DNA of 64,000 nucleotides from Babesia bigemina (Eukaryota): NCBI RefSeq assembly GCF_000981445.1, contig NC_027218.1, positions 3,224,001 to 3,288,000 of the forward strand, read 5' to 3'. Shown piece by piece: positions 1 to 12,036 of this stretch (position 1 is its first letter; each line of letters starts with the position of its first letter). The notes under the pieces were generated by a model. It saw only the letters and a program-made list of their open reading frames with translations, ran no database searches and was not told where the DNA came from. The position numbers and the translations under genes were made by a program.

Positions 1-1471
1 TGCGGCTTGTAGCTGATCGAGAGGCGCGGCATCGCGTCCTCGGCCTCGGCGTTGTCCGCTTTCAGTATCCCTGCCAGCATCTTGATGAACGTGGTCTTCC
101 CGGTGCCGTTCTCCCCCAACATCACCAGAATCTCCGAGTCGCAGAAGTCGCCCGCTCGCACAGTCAGGCTGAAAGTGCCCAGCTTCTTAGTCATCTCGGG
201 GTACTTGTAGTTGTGCAGGCGCTCGATCTCCTCCATGTCCACATCGGCGGCCACCTTGAAGCACAGCGACTCCTCGCGGAAACGCAGGTTCTCGGTGGGG
301 ACGAAACCGTCCAGGAAGATGTTAATGCCTTCTCTGACGCTGAACGGCGAGGTCACCACACCGTAAACGGACGGTTTTCCCCACAGACAACAGATGTAGT
401 CCGACATGTAGTCCAGCACGGACAGATCGTGCTCCACCACGATGACATAGCGATCGTGTTGCACCGTGTCGCGGATGACACGGGCGGCTATAATACGTTG
501 GCGGATGTCCAGGTAACTGCTGGGCTCGTCGAACATGGTGACCTCGCAGTCGCACAGCACGGCGACGCAGATCGCAAAGCGCTGCAGCTCGCCACCCGAC
601 AGCTCCGAAATCTGGCGGTTCATCAGGTGCGACAGCTCCAGCGTGACTATCAGGTCCTCAGCCCTGCCAAGCTTGTCCTTGGCCTCCAAAATCTCGCCCA
701 CGCGGCCGCTCACCTGAACTGCGTTGAACGGGGCACACCGGCGTGCGCCTACCTGGCGGGGGATGTTGTCGACGTACTGCGGCTTCACCGCAGTCTTCAT
801 GCTCTTCTCCAGGATCTTCGTGAAGTAGCTCTGCAGCTCTGATCCGCGGAAGTACTGCAGGATCTCCGGCCAGTCGGGCTCGTTCGTGAAGTTGCCCAGG
901 TTGGGCTTCATCTTACCCGACAGGATCTTCAGCGCCGTCGACTTGCCGATACCGTTGGTGCCCACCAGACCCAGGATCTGGCCCGGTCGCGGCACCGGCA
1001 GCCTGTGGAGCTTGAACGTGTTGGGGCCGAAACGGTGCGTGGTGTCCTTGCCCAGGTCGCGGGGCAGGTTGATGATGGTGATGGCCTCGAAGGGGCACTT
1101 CTTCACGCAGATACCGCAACCGATACATAGCGTCTCTGAAATGAATGCGATTTTGCTGGTAGGGTCGGCGACGATGCATTGCTTCCCTGCGCAAGGTTAA
1201 TCAGGAGTCGACGAAAACGAAAGCGTGGCCGATGGCAGCACAAGGCCCTAAGCCGCCGGGTAAGCAACCACCAGGCGACGGCCAAGGCGCCAGCCGACGA
1301 AAGCCAACTCTAGCACGGCAGCTCACCTGTTTTAGCGACCGGGCAGTTGCGCTTGCACTCCTGCCGGCACTTTTTGGGCTTGCACTTATCCGAGGAGACA
1401 ATAGCGATACGAAGTTTGCTCTCGGACATGGAGCTCCCCGAGCTCTTCGACCCCTTGCCTGGCCCCGCCAT
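1..1471 (-). CDS. ABCE1: ABCE1/RLI1 ribosome-recycling ATPase (3' end outside window)
   Basis: Spliced translation MAGPGKG...[34 protein letters not shown]...[14 protein letters not shown] (Fe-S domain), Walker A GTNGIGKS and second Walker A GENGTGKT. Introns 1187-1326 and 714-752. Confidence 0.97.
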
Positions 1472-2090
1472 TATTTTATGAAAAATATGTTAACCTCATG
1501 ATCCGAGAATAATCGAGGTTGCAGCGAACGTGCGCTCTAGTCGCGCCTACCCGCCGCTGCGCTCCAGCATCCGGCCCATAAAATCGGCTACAGTGGATGA
1601 AATCAGATCATATCGCAAAAATCAAAGCATCACAATATATGAGGCCCGTAGTTGGCGTCAATTTCGGTATTGATTCAAGAAGAGGCGGCCTCGAGGCGGA
1701 GTTGATACACGTCACCGACCTTCCTCGGCCAATCTCGTCTTCCGCGCAACTGAAAAAGCAAAGCGCTCATTAGTGCCATCGTAGGATCACGTTGCAAGTG
1801 GCTGGAACGTCCGTGTGAGGTGGCAAGTTTCGTTAGGGTCAGCTATTCCGCCCTGTTGGCTTTTCGCCGAATGCGATCGGGACGACTACAGCTCCCTCAG
1901 ATCGTCACGTGGGCGTTACATTTTACGCTGTGACGCATCAGGTAGACACCTGCGTAATCTGAACGTCAGACCCAGAGAAGATGGCGCCGCTATTTTGACC
2001 GACGCTGATATCGCAAGGTCCGCCGTTGTATATCGAGGGAGCTGCAACGTGTACCGGGGCGCGCTGAAGTCGCTATAACACAGTACCACA

Positions 2091-2945
2091 ATGACAGAGC
2101 TGACACTTGGGGAACTCAAGGCGCTGCGCCAAAGAGAGGCAAAGCGGCCCTCTCCGGGCGAGGTAGGCTTTCAACCGGTAGCGCATGTCATAGCTCGGCA
2201 GACTGAAGGCCACCAAGCGGACACAACAACACACAGGGAGCGTCTGGACGTCATGAAAAGCCGTGAAAAGGCGCCTAAAACGGATAACGCAGCACCCAAA
2301 AAGAGCAGCGGCAAGGGACCCGCCGTCCTCCCCAACAACACGGCGTTCAACCCCTACACCAACATCAAGTTCGGCAGCAAGGGCGCCGGCGCGAGGCTCA
2401 AGGCACGCGACCCCAGGTTCAGCGACTTCTCGGGGACGCTGAACGACGACCTGTTCCGCAAGTCGTACGCCTTCCTGGGCGACATGCTCCAGGAGGAGGT
2501 CAGGGAGATCAAGGCCGCAGTCAGGGCAGGCGAGCGATCGGGCGCCAACAGCCTCAAAGCCACCGCCGCCCTCGGCGGAATCGCACACATGAACATCGCA
2601 AGCATTTCCGACGCCAAGCGCGCGCTAGACAGGTACAAGACACAGCAGAAGCAGCTGCAGAGCGACACCGAGCTGCGCGCCCTGAAGAAGGACCTCATCG
2701 AGCAGGAGAAGCAGAAGATCGCCACCACGGGCAAGACTCCGTTCTACTACTCCGAGAAGAAGATCAGAAAGATCCACCGGGCGAAGGAGGCGGAGAAGGA
2801 GCGTGCCGCGCTGCAGTCCGCCGCCATCAATGCGGGCGCGGCCGGCGCGATCCACAAGAAGGTCGCGCGCACACTGAAGCGCAAGGTGCCTAAGAAGCCC
2901 AAAGTGCACGCCAAAGCGGCGGGCAAAAAACCAGTGGCTGAATGA
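2091..2945 (+). CDS. RRP36: rRNA biogenesis protein RRP36 (DUF947)
   Basis: 284-aa ORF with family motif RDPRFSDFSG-L--D-FRKSYAFL and basic C-terminus including GKTPFY. Confidence 0.88.
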   Translation: MTELTLGELKALRQREAKRPSPGEVGFQPVAHVIARQTEGHQADTTTHRERLDVMKSREKAPKTDNAAPKKSSGKGPAVLPNNTAFNPYTNIKFGSKGAGARLKARDPRFSDFSGTLNDDLFRKSYAFLGDMLQEEVREIKAAVRAGERSGANSLKATAALGGIAHMNIASISDAKRALDRYKTQQKQLQSDTELRALKKDLIEQEKQKIATTGKTPFYYSEKKIRKIHRAKEAEKERAALQSAAINAGAAGAIHKKVARTLKRKVPKKPKVHAKAAGKKPVAE

Positions 2946-3009
2946 CTTGCTAACACACTCGCGCGGTCCACTCCCCACCCTGGGACGCGCTCACTCACAA
3001 TACCGCAAC

Positions 3010-3357
3010 ATGGCGTCAAGCGAGGCGCTAACGCGCATCCTCAAATGGCGCGGCGTGTTCCAGGCCGCGAAGTGGCCGCAGCTGGGCAACGAGGTCGCCG
3101 AGGGCCCGGGGAGCAAGTACACCAACTTCTCGCTCCAACACATCATGGACAAGTACAACTTTCTGCCCACGCTCTACACGCAGCGCGAGTTCCTGCTTAG
3201 CCTGGGCCACAAGAACCCGGAGATCGTCCAGGACGCCTTCCTCAAGAACGAGCAGTTCAACTACTACGTCCGCACGGACCGCCCGGAGCCCCGTGGCGAG
3301 ACTCCAGAGGCGCTCCGCTTCCAGGAGGACGCGCATCACGGCTCTGGCCACCACTAA
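3010..3357 (+). CDS. small hypothetical protein (115 aa)
   Basis: ATG 3010 to TAA 3357 with strong C/G-ending codon bias like neighbouring genes; family not recognised. Confidence 0.7.
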   Translation: MASSEALTRILKWRGVFQAAKWPQLGNEVAEGPGSKYTNFSLQHIMDKYNFLPTLYTQREFLLSLGHKNPEIVQDAFLKNEQFNYYVRTDRPEPRGETPEALRFQEDAHHGSGHH

Positions 3358-3643
3358 ATCGCAACATAGGCGCAACGCCGCCGCCTTTAATCTGTATTGA
3401 CCTAGTGTCCCTACGTGCACAGACCGCTGTGAGAGCCAAGTGCAACCTCTGTCTGTGTTGCGTTGCCGTCGTCAATCATCGATTCATAGCATTATAAGTA
3501 GTTGTTTTGGCCAGCGAACTGTGTTGCATACGTGCATGTTCCGTGGTTCCATCACACGGCTGGGATCCCACCGACGCGGTTTCCAGATGTCAATGCCGTC
3601 GCGCGTCGAGATGACCACGTAAAAATTTGCTGGGTGCGATGAG

Positions 3644-4390
3644 TTATGCATCATTGGCTGCAGAAGCCTTGGACTCCGCCTCCAAGGCGCTGATGACGCC
3701 ATCAGTTTGCCGGCGCAGCGCCTCCATCCGCTTGTTGTAAAACGCCTCGTCGTCGGGGTCGATCCACTCGGTGGGCTCCTCCTTGAGCTTCTCGCGCATG
3801 TACTCCTCGCGCTCCTTCGCGCCGCGCAGCCGGCGCCACTCGAAGTACGGCACGTGCAGCACCTTGTAGCCCATGCGTGTCAGCAGCCTGTGCTTCAGCT
3901 TGGTGTAAGCGGTGTACTTGGTGCTGTTCGCGTAGAAGTGCGACGGGCCGTCCACCTCGATCGCGATGGGGCGGTCGTCGCCCGTCGGCAGGTTGCCGTT
4001 CTCGTCCGCGAGCGGCCCGCTCAGCTTGCGTGTCAGCTCCCGGATCAGCTCCTCCTTCTGCTGCTGCTGTTCGGGGCTCAAGTTCTCCACGTCGGCGTCG
4101 AAGTAGAACTTCCCGTCGGTGATGTTGGTCTTGGCAGCGCCTGCGGGCGCGGATTCCGCGGGCGGGTCGGGCTTCTTCATCCAGCGCGAATCGTCCCCTG
4201 CCTTGCTGGTACCGCCGCGAGCGGCGGCGCTTCCGTCCGACACTGCGGCGAAGGCAGCGCGCCTAATGGCCAGGCTCGAAGCTCCATTGTGGCAGCGGAG
4301 CTCGGCCCCCGCAGACAGACCGGGAAACGACAGCGATGCGTTGCCGCTGTACAGGCAACGCCGCAGATGTAGGCTCATAAGGCGCAGCAT
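3644..4390 (-). CDS. RAP-domain RNA-binding protein, probably mitochondrial
   Basis: [11 protein letters not shown]...[23 protein letters not shown] is a canonical RAP domain; Arg/Leu/Ser-rich N-terminus resembles a presequence. Confidence 0.9.
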   Translation of the reverse strand: MLRLMSLHLRRCLYSGNASLSFPGLSAGAELRCHNGASSLAIRRAAFAAVSDGSAAARGGTSKAGDDSRWMKKPDPPAESAPAGAAKTNITDGKFYFDADVENLSPEQQQQKEELIRELTRKLSGPLADENGNLPTGDDRPIAIEVDGPSHFYANSTKYTAYTKLKHRLLTRMGYKVLHVPYFEWRRLRGAKEREEYMREKLKEEPTEWIDPDDEAFYNKRMEALRRQTDGVISALEAESKASAANDA

Positions 4391-5031
4391 CGTACGCGAT
4401 CCACGTAGTTCGTACCGCTGTGTATTATTTGAGCAGTAGCTTTTTTTAGCAAGTGGAATCCCCGTTGCCAGTGCCGTCCTTTATGAGCAGAGCCGAGCAC
4501 CGATGGGGGATTGAAGGTCTGCGAATACGGCCGACCAGTTACGCGGCACACATCGGTTTCAGCAGCACTTGCTGGCCTTATTCTAACTCGTAACACGTCT
4601 ATCTGGCCTGGGTGGGTAATACAGAGTTGTAAGACAGCTAAAGCCGGGTCAACGTGTGCGTGCCTTCTTGCACATTCCGCCGGCAGCCCCGGTTTCAGCT
4701 GCCGTTTCGCCCCGATTGGAATTCACACCTGGTGTATACAGTCTGAGACACATGTGTAAACTGCGCGCTGGCTCCAGGTTAACGCGCAAGGCAGCAGACG
4801 ACATCCGCGGCGAACTTCCGCCGGAATGTCCCTGAATTTTCTCCGCGGGCTGCACAAAGACGCCGCCTACGTACACATAGGTTTCACTTCAGCGCACACA
4901 TAACCCTCCGAAGCACTTCACAACGGCTGTAGCAACGTGAAGGTCTCCGCTGCGATTGGGAGGCTCAACAGGCGCAGACGGCGGAAGGGGCGCCAGCAAA
5001 CGCGATTTGCCGCCATAACACACCCCTGACG

Positions 5032-6378
5032 ATGGTTCTGTCGGACGAACTCAGGGAGCTCGGCTCCGGTGCGTTGGACAGCGACAACTGGAAGCCGTTG
5101 TACGCATCATGGTCCACGCGGACCACGGAACACCGCAACAGCAGCGCGTCCAGCGGATCCGCATCGCTCTCGAGCTCGCATTCTCTAAAAAGTGGGTTGT
5201 CGCTCGATAAGCTGCGCGAAGAAGCGGCAGGTTACCTATCGCAAATAAAGCTGGGGATGGACAGCCGGGAATTCCTGACGGAACCGCACCAGGAGACCAC
5301 CACCGCCACCAAGCTGCATGCTCCGAAGCCATCCGACAAATACGTACGTTGGCAAGCGCGTGGCGCATGACTGCGCAGGACCGGGTGAAGAAGCTTGAGG
5401 ACAGCCTCTGCGGGCTGCAGTCCAACGTGGAGTCTAAGCGAAGCAACATCCTAGAGGTGGGACCGCCGATGCAAACCGCGAAACTGTGCAGGAAATATAC
5501 CAAAAGATAAACAATCTGGAGGCGAAAATCGCGGAAAGCGAGGCGCAGGAGAGGCGGGCATGCAGCGAAGTTACAAAAAAGGTAATGCCACACAAACGAC
5601 CACCAGCAGCCGCAGATCGACGCCATCCAGCGAAGCATCACAACGGCCAAAACGAAACACGAGGCTGAGACTAAGGAAGCCGTGGTCAAAATGGAGGCCG
5701 TGTACCAGAGGTAACGACGAGTGCGATGGCGCGCCGCCAACGTGGGCCGCAGGTTTACCGAGGCGCTACGCGCCGAAAAGGAGCAGTGGAAGCAAGCCGA
5801 GAAGGACGCTGTCAACGATATAAACAGCCACATAAAACGCATAAGGTACGACTACAGCATCAGCCGCGCGCCCATAGATTTTCAGGGACGACCTGGACGA
5901 GATGAAGAAGTCGAAGACGCACGTCGCGTCCTACCTGCGCCAGTACATCGACAACGAGCTCCCGCAGCTCAAGATGCGCGTGGCATCGGCGGGTGACGAC
6001 ATAGCCGCCATGGAGAAAACGTAGGTCCATGCCACAGCGCCGGTCAATGGCCGCAGCATCGCAGCGAGCACCCACGACGACCTGCTCACGCTGGCCTCCT
6101 TCATCAAGCAGGAGACGATGCAACTGTAAGTCACGGCCGAGCGTGCGCCACACAGCCGGCAGGAACGAGATGAAGCGCAACACGATGCTCGAGGTGAACA
6201 AACATTCGGAGCTCCTCAAGGCGCAACTGGTTAAGGTAGGCACCGCCCGTAAGACACACTCACATACCGAATGCCGGCACACACCGCGACGCAGGAGCGC
6301 GAGGAACGCATACAGATGCAGCAGCGGATGGTCAGCCTGATGGAGGAGACCCTCAAGCGGCTAGGGACGCCGCTCTAG
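5032..6378 (+). CDS. SF-assemblin/beta-giardin-like coiled-coil protein (multi-exon)
   Basis: Short GT-AG introns (first 5344-5378) join coiled-coil exons DRVKKLEDSLCGLQSNVESKR / EIYQKINNLEAKI ... EREERIQMQQRMVSLMEETLKRLGTPL*; the C-terminus resembles SF-assemblin ends. Confidence 0.55.
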
Positions 6379-6580
6379 GAGCCGCTGACGCCGCCCGCAA
6401 AAAAAGACTTTGCTACCCGCAACGGGCACACATAGCCGTGCGAACACATTTATACGACATATGTAGAACAAGTATTGCAGCGTTAATGGTGGTACTGCCG
6501 ACACACCGTGGACGCGCGTGACCGCGGGGCGCCGAAGGCCTCAGCGGCGGGCGACGGCAGGGCCACGGCAATCTAACAAA

Positions 6581-8490
6581 ATGGCGACCGCCGACGCTAG
6601 CGAAACGTACGACGTGGACATGGACACTGCGGAGCAGCCGGGGGTCGCGGAAGGCGGCGAACACGCCCCCGAGCGCGAGAAGCTCGACTTTGCAGGTACG
6701 CCGCGCGGGGTTCAACGCATCAGCGCGCAGTGCTCGACTACGTCAACAACACCAGGTTCAAGCATGGCATCCGCTCGGACGAGTACGGGCGGTACCACGC
6801 CTACTGCTCCAAGCGGCTGCGCATCCTGAGGCGGCAGGGCCGCACGGCACCGATCAAGCCGAACAAGTACGTAAAGGACGAGATCGACGAGGAGAACGTG
6901 GACGCGAGGTAGCGCGCTGGCCGTGGCAACTGACCCCCTGCAGGTCCCTGGAGATCCTCACGCTCACCGCCGAGCGCTGCTGGAGCCATGCCATGGAGCT
7001 GAAGTCGCGCTGCGAGTCGTCGCAATCCGCGGTAAGTACACGCCGGCGCAGCTCCCGCACAATCCGCAACAGGGTCCTACTGAGCGCCACCATTACGTGA
7101 AGCGGTTTGAGCGGGCGTTCAAAACCGCGTCGCGGCTGGAGGCGCTGTGCCACAAGTTCGGCGACACGAACAGCATCAACAACGCGAGGGTGTACCGCAA
7201 CTTCATGGAGGGCAACGTGCACTTCGAACACGGGCGGTTTGCGGAAGCGTACGCCAGCCTGTCGTCCTACGCCAATGTCATGGAGCAGCGCAAGAGGTCG
7301 CACCAGGACGACCGCGTGCTTCAGGAGGCCTACGCCTCCCAGCTCAGCAACGTCAACGCGGCGATCAAGCTGTGCTCGTTCCACATGAGGGCTGCGGGCG
7401 TGACCGCGGCGGCCAAGCAGCCCGCGCGTGAGGACGACCCGAACGCCGAGCTCATCGCCATAGTGCCAGACGACTCCGGCAACCTGGCGGTATACTGCAG
7501 GGGCTCCCACGTGAACGTCACTTCTCAGTTTTTGTTGCAGCAGCTGCTCGACGCGATCAACGCGACCCAGAAGCTGGTTGTGACGGAGGACGTCCTCACG
7601 CGGCTGGTCAACGCGGCCGACGTGGACGCGGCGCTGAAAGGCGAGCTCTTTGACGCCTTCGGCACCGACGCGCTGCTGTCGTCGTACGAAGAAATCATGA
7701 TGCCCATATCGGAGGTCATCGACGCCATACACTCCGAAATGATGTCCTCCATAGACAACCAGGAGCCCCTGCGGCAGGTGGAAGGTGGGTGCCGGTTGTG
7801 ACCCCCCGCCCTCAATGCTTTGCAGGCGTAGTAGCGTACGTCAAGACCCTACTCGAGATGGAGAAGTGCGCGCTGGTGCAGGTCATGACGCTGCACACCA
7901 TGTTCCATGAGCACGGCAAGGTCGACAAGAACTCCGGGCTGCCGGACTGTGGGGAGGCGCTGCGGTTCACCCACATGCTGAAGCAGCACATCGCCACCCT
8001 CATGGGCGACTCCAAGATGGGGCAGATATTCCTCATGCCGCAGGAGGTCACCAAGACGGTCAACGGCCTGCTGCTCGGGATGCACAAGCTGGCGACCGGC
8101 GAGCACAACGACGGGATGGCGCTCATGAACTGGGCCAACAACAGGCTGCAGCAGCAGATTGAGCACCCCAAGAAGCAGCAGACGCTCCTCATATGGCGCA
8201 CGCTCGTCTGCTTCCAGCTGCTGCACAACACGGCGCGGCTCTGCGCGGCGCGCTTCTACAAACGGACCGTGGCCATATACGCCCGGCACACTCTGCAGCT
8301 GGCGGACAAGGAAGACGACGGCGAGGCGCCGCTCGACTTCGCGGCCGTGTTCGGGCTGGAAAAACGCCCCCTGCCCGCCAAGCCGATACTGCTCGACCTG
8401 GCGTACATCCACTACCAGCCACCGCAAATGGGCAAGAAGACGTCGTTCATCGGAAACGTCAAGAGCATGTTCAACTCGTTCTGGCAGTGA
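6581..8490 (+). CDS. SRP68: signal recognition particle subunit SRP68 (multi-exon)
   Basis: [36 protein letters not shown] and C-terminal [12 protein letters not shown] match SRP68 motifs; first intron 6696-6730. Confidence 0.93.
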
Positions 8491-8585
8491 CCGCGACGTG
8501 TGGCTGGCAGTACAACTGTGCACGTCGCAACGCAACTTTTCGCAAAATTTTAATAAAGCGTGTAAACCGTAGCAGTGACGCGACG

Positions 8586-8696
8586 CAGTGGCCTCATCGG
8601 TGATTAGGTGCCAGTGGCCGTATCAGTGATTAGGTGCCAGTGGCCACATCAGCGATTAGATACCAGCGGCCGCATCAGTGATTAGGTGCCAGTGGC
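8586..8696 (+). repeat. 26-bp minisatellite, ~4.3 copies
   Basis: Unit CAGTGGCCnCATCAGTGATTAGGTGC starting at 8586, 8612, 8638, 8664 and (partial) 8690. Confidence 0.95.
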
Positions 8697-8876
8697 GGTG
8701 GTAACGAGGTGTGGCGTAATCCGGAGATTCCACTCCCACACGTAGTTACTGCACTAACCACCCGGCAAAGCGCTGCAACCACCTTACCACGGCCACGGAC
8801 GCTGCGCATCCCGGCGGCCACAACAAAAAAACACCAGAAGCGTTAAACAGAGAAAATTGAACTACTATTCGCAAGT

Positions 8877-9671
8877 CTACGTGGACAGCGACATGATACT
8901 CTCGACGATGTCGCCCTTGTTCTTCAACAGCGCCTCGACGGCCTCCTCGCGAGTGCAGCCGACCTGCGACACCACCAGCTCCACGTCTCCCTGGTTCACG
9001 CCGGACTCGTCGACCGCGGCGGCGGGAGCTGCCTCGCCTTCCTTGGGGCTCGCAGCCTCATCGCCCTTGGGCTCGGAGCGGGCGCTGGCGGGCGCCTCTC
9101 CGCCTTCCGCCGAAGCACCTGCCGCGGCAGACTCTGAGGACTCGGCGCCCTCGGGGGAGTCGGTCACCTCATTGGCCTGGTTGGCTTCCTTCTCCGCCTG
9201 AGCAGCCTGCGCCGCCGCAGCAGCGTCGGACACGGCGCTGAGGGCGTTGGCCATGTTGGTCACGCTGGCGGTGGCCGCGCTAACAGCCTGCAGAGCCGAC
9301 GACAGCTGCGACAGACGCTGGACGGTCTCCAGCGCGGAGCTCGCGCCGGTGTCCTCCACCTTGGCCTCGCCGAAGATGACGTAGGTGTCGGAGTTGGGCA
9401 GCTTGTACACGTCGGGCTTGCTGACCACGAAGAAGACCTGCTTGGACTTCTTGATGCACACCTTGTTCACACCCTCGACGGGCTTGAGGCCCAGCTTGGA
9501 CAACAATTTGCGCGCCTTCCGCTCGTTCTTGTTCTGGCGGACCTTAGGCGCGCCGCCGTCGGCGCCCTTCGATTCCTCCACATCGGACTCGCCATCGCTG
9601 GACACATCCTCAGGGCTCTCCTCCATGGCCTCCGCCACCAGGGCGTCCACTTTCTCGCTCTCCGTCGTCAT
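8877..9671 (-). CDS. NACA: nascent polypeptide-associated complex alpha subunit
   Basis: [32 protein letters not shown]...PDVYK...[12 protein letters not shown] plus C-terminal UBA-like [32 protein letters not shown]. Confidence 0.96.
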   Translation of the reverse strand: MTTESEKVDALVAEAMEESPEDVSSDGESDVEESKGADGGAPKVRQNKNERKARKLLSKLGLKPVEGVNKVCIKKSKQVFFVVSKPDVYKLPNSDTYVIFGEAKVEDTGASSALETVQRLSQLSSALQAVSAATASVTNMANALSAVSDAAAAAQAAQAEKEANQANEVTDSPEGAESSESAAAGASAEGGEAPASARSEPKGDEAASPKEGEAAPAAAVDESGVNQGDVELVVSQVGCTREEAVEALLKNKGDIVESIMSLST

Positions 9672-10070
9672 CGTGGCGCGCAAGCACTGCTAGAAATGCT
9701 GAGACGCGCGCGGCACACGGTGGAATCCACCACAACAAATGGGGCATTTCGAAAACACCGACAGGCAGCCGGCCCGGCCGCGGCCAAGCGGGTACTTACA
9801 CATCGTAAAATTGCACTGGGCTATTCCACAATTTTAATTTGGCCTGGAGTTCGAGCGGCGCCACTCCCTCAGCTCCGGTCGAGGCGTTCGGCTCCCACGC
9901 ACATTCACCCGGTGACTCGGCGCTCTAGCGATGAACGCGTATCGCCACCGACCATATGCATACGTCATGAAGCTGGTTCGGCATCTCTGTAGTTCACTAT
10001 ATTTATATATGTCCGTATAAAACAGTCGCGACTGCGCGTGGCGGTCGCAAGATAAGGATGGCCAACTCGA

Positions 10071-10718
10071 TCACGTTGTTTGGGGCTTCATTTGGCCCCT
10101 GTACACGCCGCTCGCCAGCAGCTTCCGGTCGCTGCCCAGCAGCGTCTCCTGCTCCTCGGCGTGCTCTTCCATGTCGCGCAGCTGCTTACGACGCACAGCG
10201 TCCTCCATCACCAGCCGGCGCCGTTCCATCTCGGCGCGCGAGCGGACCATGAGCTGCGAAAGGAACTTTGTGGCGCGTTTCTCGCGCAGGGCTTCCAGCG
10301 CGGCGCGCTCGGACCTCTGCTCCTCCCACGTCGTGGAAGGCTTGGCGCTGAACAGCCCAGACTCCTCGCTTGCGGCGGCGCGTCTAGCCTTCTGCACAAC
10401 GCACAGTAGCGACCTTAGCGCGCACTCGGTCTCCCTTTGGATTGCCAGCTGCTCGTTCAGCGAGGTGGCGCGCAGCGCGATCTCGTCCAGAGACTGCGGG
10501 CGCACGAACTCGCGCTCAAGTTGCGATAGGCGCTCGAACAGAGCGCGACGAGCCTTGACGCTCTCGGCATGCTGCCGTTTCAGAGCTGTCCGGTCGACGA
10601 AAACGCGCTTGCGGACGTGCTCCGCCACCAGCGGGTACGACGCCGATACAGAGACCGGGTCGAACTGGTACCTGCGGCCGCCGCGCTTCCGCGGAGCACC
10701 CTGCAAATCGGGGTTCAT
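10071..10718 (-). CDS. hypothetical coiled-coil protein (~215 aa)
   Basis: ATG 10718 ORF with E/R/Q/L heptad composition; no family recognised. Confidence 0.6.
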   Translation of the reverse strand: MNPDLQGAPRKRGGRRYQFDPVSVSASYPLVAEHVRKRVFVDRTALKRQHAESVKARRALFERLSQLEREFVRPQSLDEIALRATSLNEQLAIQRETECALRSLLCVVQKARRAAASEESGLFSAKPSTTWEEQRSERAALEALREKRATKFLSQLMVRSRAEMERRRLVMEDAVRRKQLRDMEEHAEEQETLLGSDRKLLASGVYRGQMKPQTT

Positions 10719-10863
10719 CACCCAGGAAACGCCTGCTGCGCCGCCGACGGAAGACGCCACAGCGGAACGCACGACGCGAAACACCACGCGCACCCCGGGC
10801 CTAGTCAATCGCACGCGCGGACGCGACACATCGCGGCGCGCACGCACAGGCTGCTTCTGTGCA

Positions 10864-12036
10864 ATGTCGGTAACACGGCAAAGCACGCGTGGCAGGCGCC
10901 AAACACCGCAGTCGGCGCAGAACTACGAGTCTTCCAGAAGGCCGGTCACCAGGTCGTACGGACGCGGCAGGAGAGGCGACAGGTGGAGGCAGAGTGATTC
11001 CAAGAGCGGAGTTCAGGTATGTGTGAGCGATGAGCCGCATAAGCGGGCCATTGTCCGGCTCCACCACGTACGACCGCTGACGCCGCGCAGGGGGCCCACA
11101 CCAGCAAGGACGGGCCGAAGAAAACGGTGCCCGAAAAGCCACTCGAGGAGGAGGATGCTTACATGTGCGACAAGCTGGGAATCAACCACAGCTGCGTGAA
11201 GAATGACATGATCTACCTCGAGCACCTCAACGAGTTCGCAACGTTACAGGAGCTCACCAACAAGTTGGAAAATTCGACGGAAATCCCGAGGACGGACCAG
11301 ATCAAGGACGTTGGGCTGTGCGCGGTGCTGCCGTTCGCCAACCTCGTATCGCCAGGGTTCAGCAACCACTACAGCACGCAGTACGAGGCCAAGCCGCTCG
11401 CGAGCAAGTGCAGCAACGTCGCATGCGGCACCAACTACAGGGAGGTGAGTGCATCGGTGAACACAGTGCTGGTGTTGTGTGTGGGTTTGGGGTGTGGTTG
11501 ATTCGTCAGCTGGTGCTTTGCCGAAGTCGGCGCTAACACCCTCGCAGGTCCCGGCGCACTCGAGGGCCGAACTCATATACGTCACCCCGCGGCAGATGTA
11601 CGCGATCATCACCACCATACTGGGGCAGCTACTACACAACGACGACGAGATATTCGGCGATATCGACTGGAAGGCGGTTTCAATAGAGAGCCACCTGCCC
11701 GTCAGCATCTGCAAGGAGTTCTGGTGGGGGTTCGACATCACCCACATCAAGGGTAAGCAGCGCACGGCCGGTTGTGCAACACGTGGCGCAGACGGATACA
11801 ACGGCTGTTTCGTCAGAGCCGACAAGAGGCACAACTTCGAAGCCGGCGGCAACTACTACAGCGACCTGGAGGTAAAGGCAGCTCACCGCGCGAACACCGT
11901 TACGCAGAAGCGAGTCAGGGTGCTCAGCGTCATGAACGCGCGGATGAAAGCGAATACCCAGAGCAGCGACATCAACGCAGACCCCAGGAAGCGGCCTGAG
12001 ACGCCAAAGAGGAGGAACTGCTTCGGGCGACCATGA
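10864..12036 (+). CDS. hypothetical protein (multi-exon)
   Basis: GT-AG introns at 11017-11090, ~11445-11547, 11753-11791 and 11872-11907 give one continuous frame with gene-like codon bias, ending RRNCFGRP*. Confidence 0.65.

Noticed and set aside
213..842. 209-aa + strand ORF (and similar ORFs at 6854-7732, 10171-11199, 20965-21741, 25094-25921)
   Set aside because: Mostly antisense shadows of real genes, produced by GC-rich codon bias.
8586..8696. CRISPR-like array
   Set aside because: Units are directly adjacent with no unique spacers, no cas genes, eukaryotic context.
11017..11090. Intronic C/D snoRNA (CGATGA...CTGA); also considered for ABCE1 intron 1187-1326
   Set aside because: Box C is imperfect or absent, CTGA coincides with the likely branch-point region, and no rRNA guide could be identified by eye.
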